Position numbers and translations under genes: made by a program. From Klebsormidium nitens (taxonomy: Eukaryota; Plantae; Klebsormidiophyceae), in assembly GCA_000708835.1 (NCBI GenBank), contig DF236963.1, positions 310,001 to 374,000 on the forward strand: a stretch of DNA of 64,000 bases, in the 5' to 3' direction. Shown here piece after piece: positions 62,101 to 64,000 of this stretch. How positions within the stretch are numbered: the first letter of the stretch is position 1; every line of letters begins with the position of its first letter. The notes beneath the pieces are model-generated. The model saw only the letters and a program-made list of their open reading frames with translations. It made no database searches and was not told where the DNA came from.

Positions 62101-63931
62101 GACCTTTACATAGACTAGTCGTTTGGGAATGCGAAGGGAAAGCCTGAGGACCTTTACAAAGCCCCAGGAAACTTTTCTCCACAGCCCGTTTGCTATTCAC
62201 GGCTTTTACAGTCCAAACTGTCCCACTGCCAGCAATACTGATGACTGCCACTCGTAAGACGGACTCGACGTCAAAGAAAAAGCTCGGTACTTTGGAAAGA
62301 CAAGCCGACCAGGGTTGCTTCAAAGACTGCCCTCGATCAGACTTTGATTTGCAGGCAACCCAAGGAGAAATCCCCCGACTCCAAAACGAACTTCCGTGTC
62401 TGCACCCGACTCTTCCCAGAAGAGAGACCCAAGGACATTGTAAGCTCGTCCTGGACTCACAAGCATCCTGAAAGCCTCACTTCTGCGTCTACGCACCCTG
62501 ACAAAACTCGACCATCTTGCTAGACGCCGTCCTGAGATCGAGCAACCCACTTCCTGATCCCAAGAACCGAATTCTAACAACTTTTCTTGGTGACCGCAGA
62601 TTGGGCGCGGTCATGAAGTTGAGCACTCTCTCAGCTCATCGTTGGAAATTGTGAATTACATCCTGAGGATCTAACGCCAGGATTCGTTTGGAACTACAAA
62701 ACCCTCAGCTCCTTACTTCTGCGTCTCCACCGCTCGGCAGGACTTGACCAGCTTGCTGGGTGCCGTCATGTAGTCGAGCATCCTCTCGGCGACGACCCCC
62801 TCCTCGTCGCTAGGCGCCCAGGGCGGGGTGTGGGGATCCGTGACGCCCTTGCGCGTTCGCATCTCCTCAGACATCTTGGAGCCTGCACTCGACAAAACCT
62901 CTTAGTTTCGCTAATTTTGTTACTCGGAGTTTCCAAAACTGCAGCAATCTCTTTTTTTGATGTATATAGTACGGCTTGTCCCAAAGTATATAAAACATCG
63001 ATCTTCGGATCTGAGGCCTGAACTGTGCTTCCATAGTCGTAACCCCAAGGTTTTCAGAGCCTGCAACGACAGCCTTGAAACGAAATGAGGCGGAATTCTC
63101 GCTTTGACAACTTGACTCAAGGCCACAACGGTAAGCTGCTTGAAGACCTTGAAAGTCCTGAGAATCTGTTCTCGAAATTGACCTCAGACAGAAAGGACTG
63201 ATTGGTGAGCGTTACAAGCATACTTTAGTTAGGGGCACATGTTGCTGGGCCCTTCACAAAGTGTTACCCAACCAGAGCCACAGTATCAGACATGGCCACA
63301 GTCTTCATTCATCGCAAAATGGTTATGCCTCCTCTCTGTGCAGGTTAAGTCACCGAAGGCGCCTCTCAAGTTGAACCTTCAAGTCGCCTTTCAAATATCA
63401 AATCTACACAGACTCAAAACTGTTGGCTGGCTTGCTCGACTTGATGAACTGAGGCAATAAAGGACCACACACAGGCCTTTAAAGCACTTCCTCGACATTG
63501 ATTTTCGAAGAGGGACTCAAAAGACCCCGCTCACCAGGCCCAAAGATAATCCGATTCAGCTCCTTCGCCGTAACGCCATAGAGCTCATCCACCAGCATGC
63601 CCCCATTCAGCGGAGCCAACACATCTTTACTCAGCACCCCCCCAGATACCCCCTCCATTTCTCCCCCCTCCTCAAAGAGTACCCCGTCCAAATCCTCCGC
63701 GATGCTCGCACCCCCCTGCGAAATCTCGGACCGCATGGAGGGCGTCCGAGGGTTTAAGTCATCCGCGCCTAGTTCGGGCAGCCGCCCAGAGATGGAGAGG
63801 TTGTCGTCCTCTGGCGCCGTCCCGTTGCTGACGGTGTCGCTGACGTCATCGTGGTCGCGATGGGCCCGCAGCGGCTTGATCAGCTTCTTGGGGTTAAGCA
63901 CATTGAGGAGCTTCTTTGCATTCGGGGACAT
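44182..63931 (-). CDS. C2- and GRAM-domain membrane contact/sterol transfer protein (VASt-TM-C2-GRAM-VASt), 13 exons
   Basis: Exons 63931-63535, 62882-62717, 61775-61226, 60714-60463, 59955-59724, 54965-54780, 54057-53765, 52999-52877, 52212-52049, 50909-50624, 50304-50185, 49282-49133, 44391-44182; every junction GT-AG and phase-consistent. Motifs PLNGGMLVDELY (VASt1), DVPMGDTF, KFLKSTIMKGMIEKG, GWQLSVAILEAQNL...DPFV..RTSSVK...WN (C2), FHRLFSLPEHE.LIDNFACQLKRK...GRIYLS...FYSN.FG.K...WEDIEEI (GRAM), TLHGAAFGDHFQ...VGVTFHKET (VASt2); resembles the Arabidopsis At1g03370-type family as recalled. Confidence 0.9.
44735..45165 (+). repeat. Degenerate direct tandem repeat, period about 236 bp, in the last intron of the VASt gene
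   Basis: ttatga.c.caaagaa.aggacgccgc.cggcatca...gatgcaacgcccac.t.c.tccgatcatg.ccgtaaa at about 44746 and 44982. Confidence 0.8.
49200..49670 (-). repeat. Junction-echo array of the acceptor/start of exon 49282
   Basis: Acceptors at 49283 (real), 49407 and 49538, plus a remnant near 49655; the units share the exon start and a TGACGTCAG branch-point segment. Confidence 0.9.
50830..51245 (-). repeat. Junction-echo array of the acceptor/start of exon 50909
   Basis: cgtgcttgatcgcctcggg... at about 50866 (real), 51043 and 51206; the 51083 copy retains the CTGCAG acceptor. Confidence 0.88.
62075..62158 (+). repeat. Recent 48-bp-period tandem duplication in an intron
   Basis: TTGGGAAGGCGAAGGGAAATCCTGAGGACCTTTACA (62075) and TTGGGAATGCGAAGGGAAAGCCTGAGGACCTTTACA (62123), 34/36 identical. 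Confidence 0.85.
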
Positions 63932-64000
63932 GATGCCTCTGTCTTCGCCCTTCTTCCTATTTTGCCCCTATTTCGTACTTCGGTGTTCCGCCTCCTTCCA

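Overview
Eukaryotic, intron-rich genomic DNA from a streptophyte green alga. The inference is Klebsormidium-like, from plant-type gene families, GC3-rich exons, GT-AG introns with CTGAC/CTAAC branch points and TTTTAGGG telomere-like motifs; this was not verified by search. I assembled spliced models by hand, checking reading-frame phase at most junctions. The genes are: a 5'-partial SGS3-like zf-XS/XS/coiled-coil gene ending in a RING finger (+, 1-5354); nucleoporin NDC1 (-); RRP12 (+), with a decayed copy of its last exon 3.2 kb downstream; a DUF604/fringe-like glycosyltransferase (-); an INTS13/Asunder homologue spliced in frame to a TBRG1-like FYRN/FYRC module (-, 28201-36344); a small twin-CX9C protein (+); a plastid-type TLDc protein (-); and a 13-exon VASt-TM-C2-GRAM-VASt gene (-, 44182-63931). 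A MITE-like element and a related hairpin are also present. The most striking unexplained structure is a window-wide pattern of 'junction echoes'. At more than a dozen exon-intron boundaries in four genes, the splice site plus 25-90 nt of the adjacent exon is repeated 1-5 times as degenerate tandem copies running into the intron at about 90-240 bp spacing, often with the AG/GT intact. All family assignments are from recalled motifs; no database search was run.
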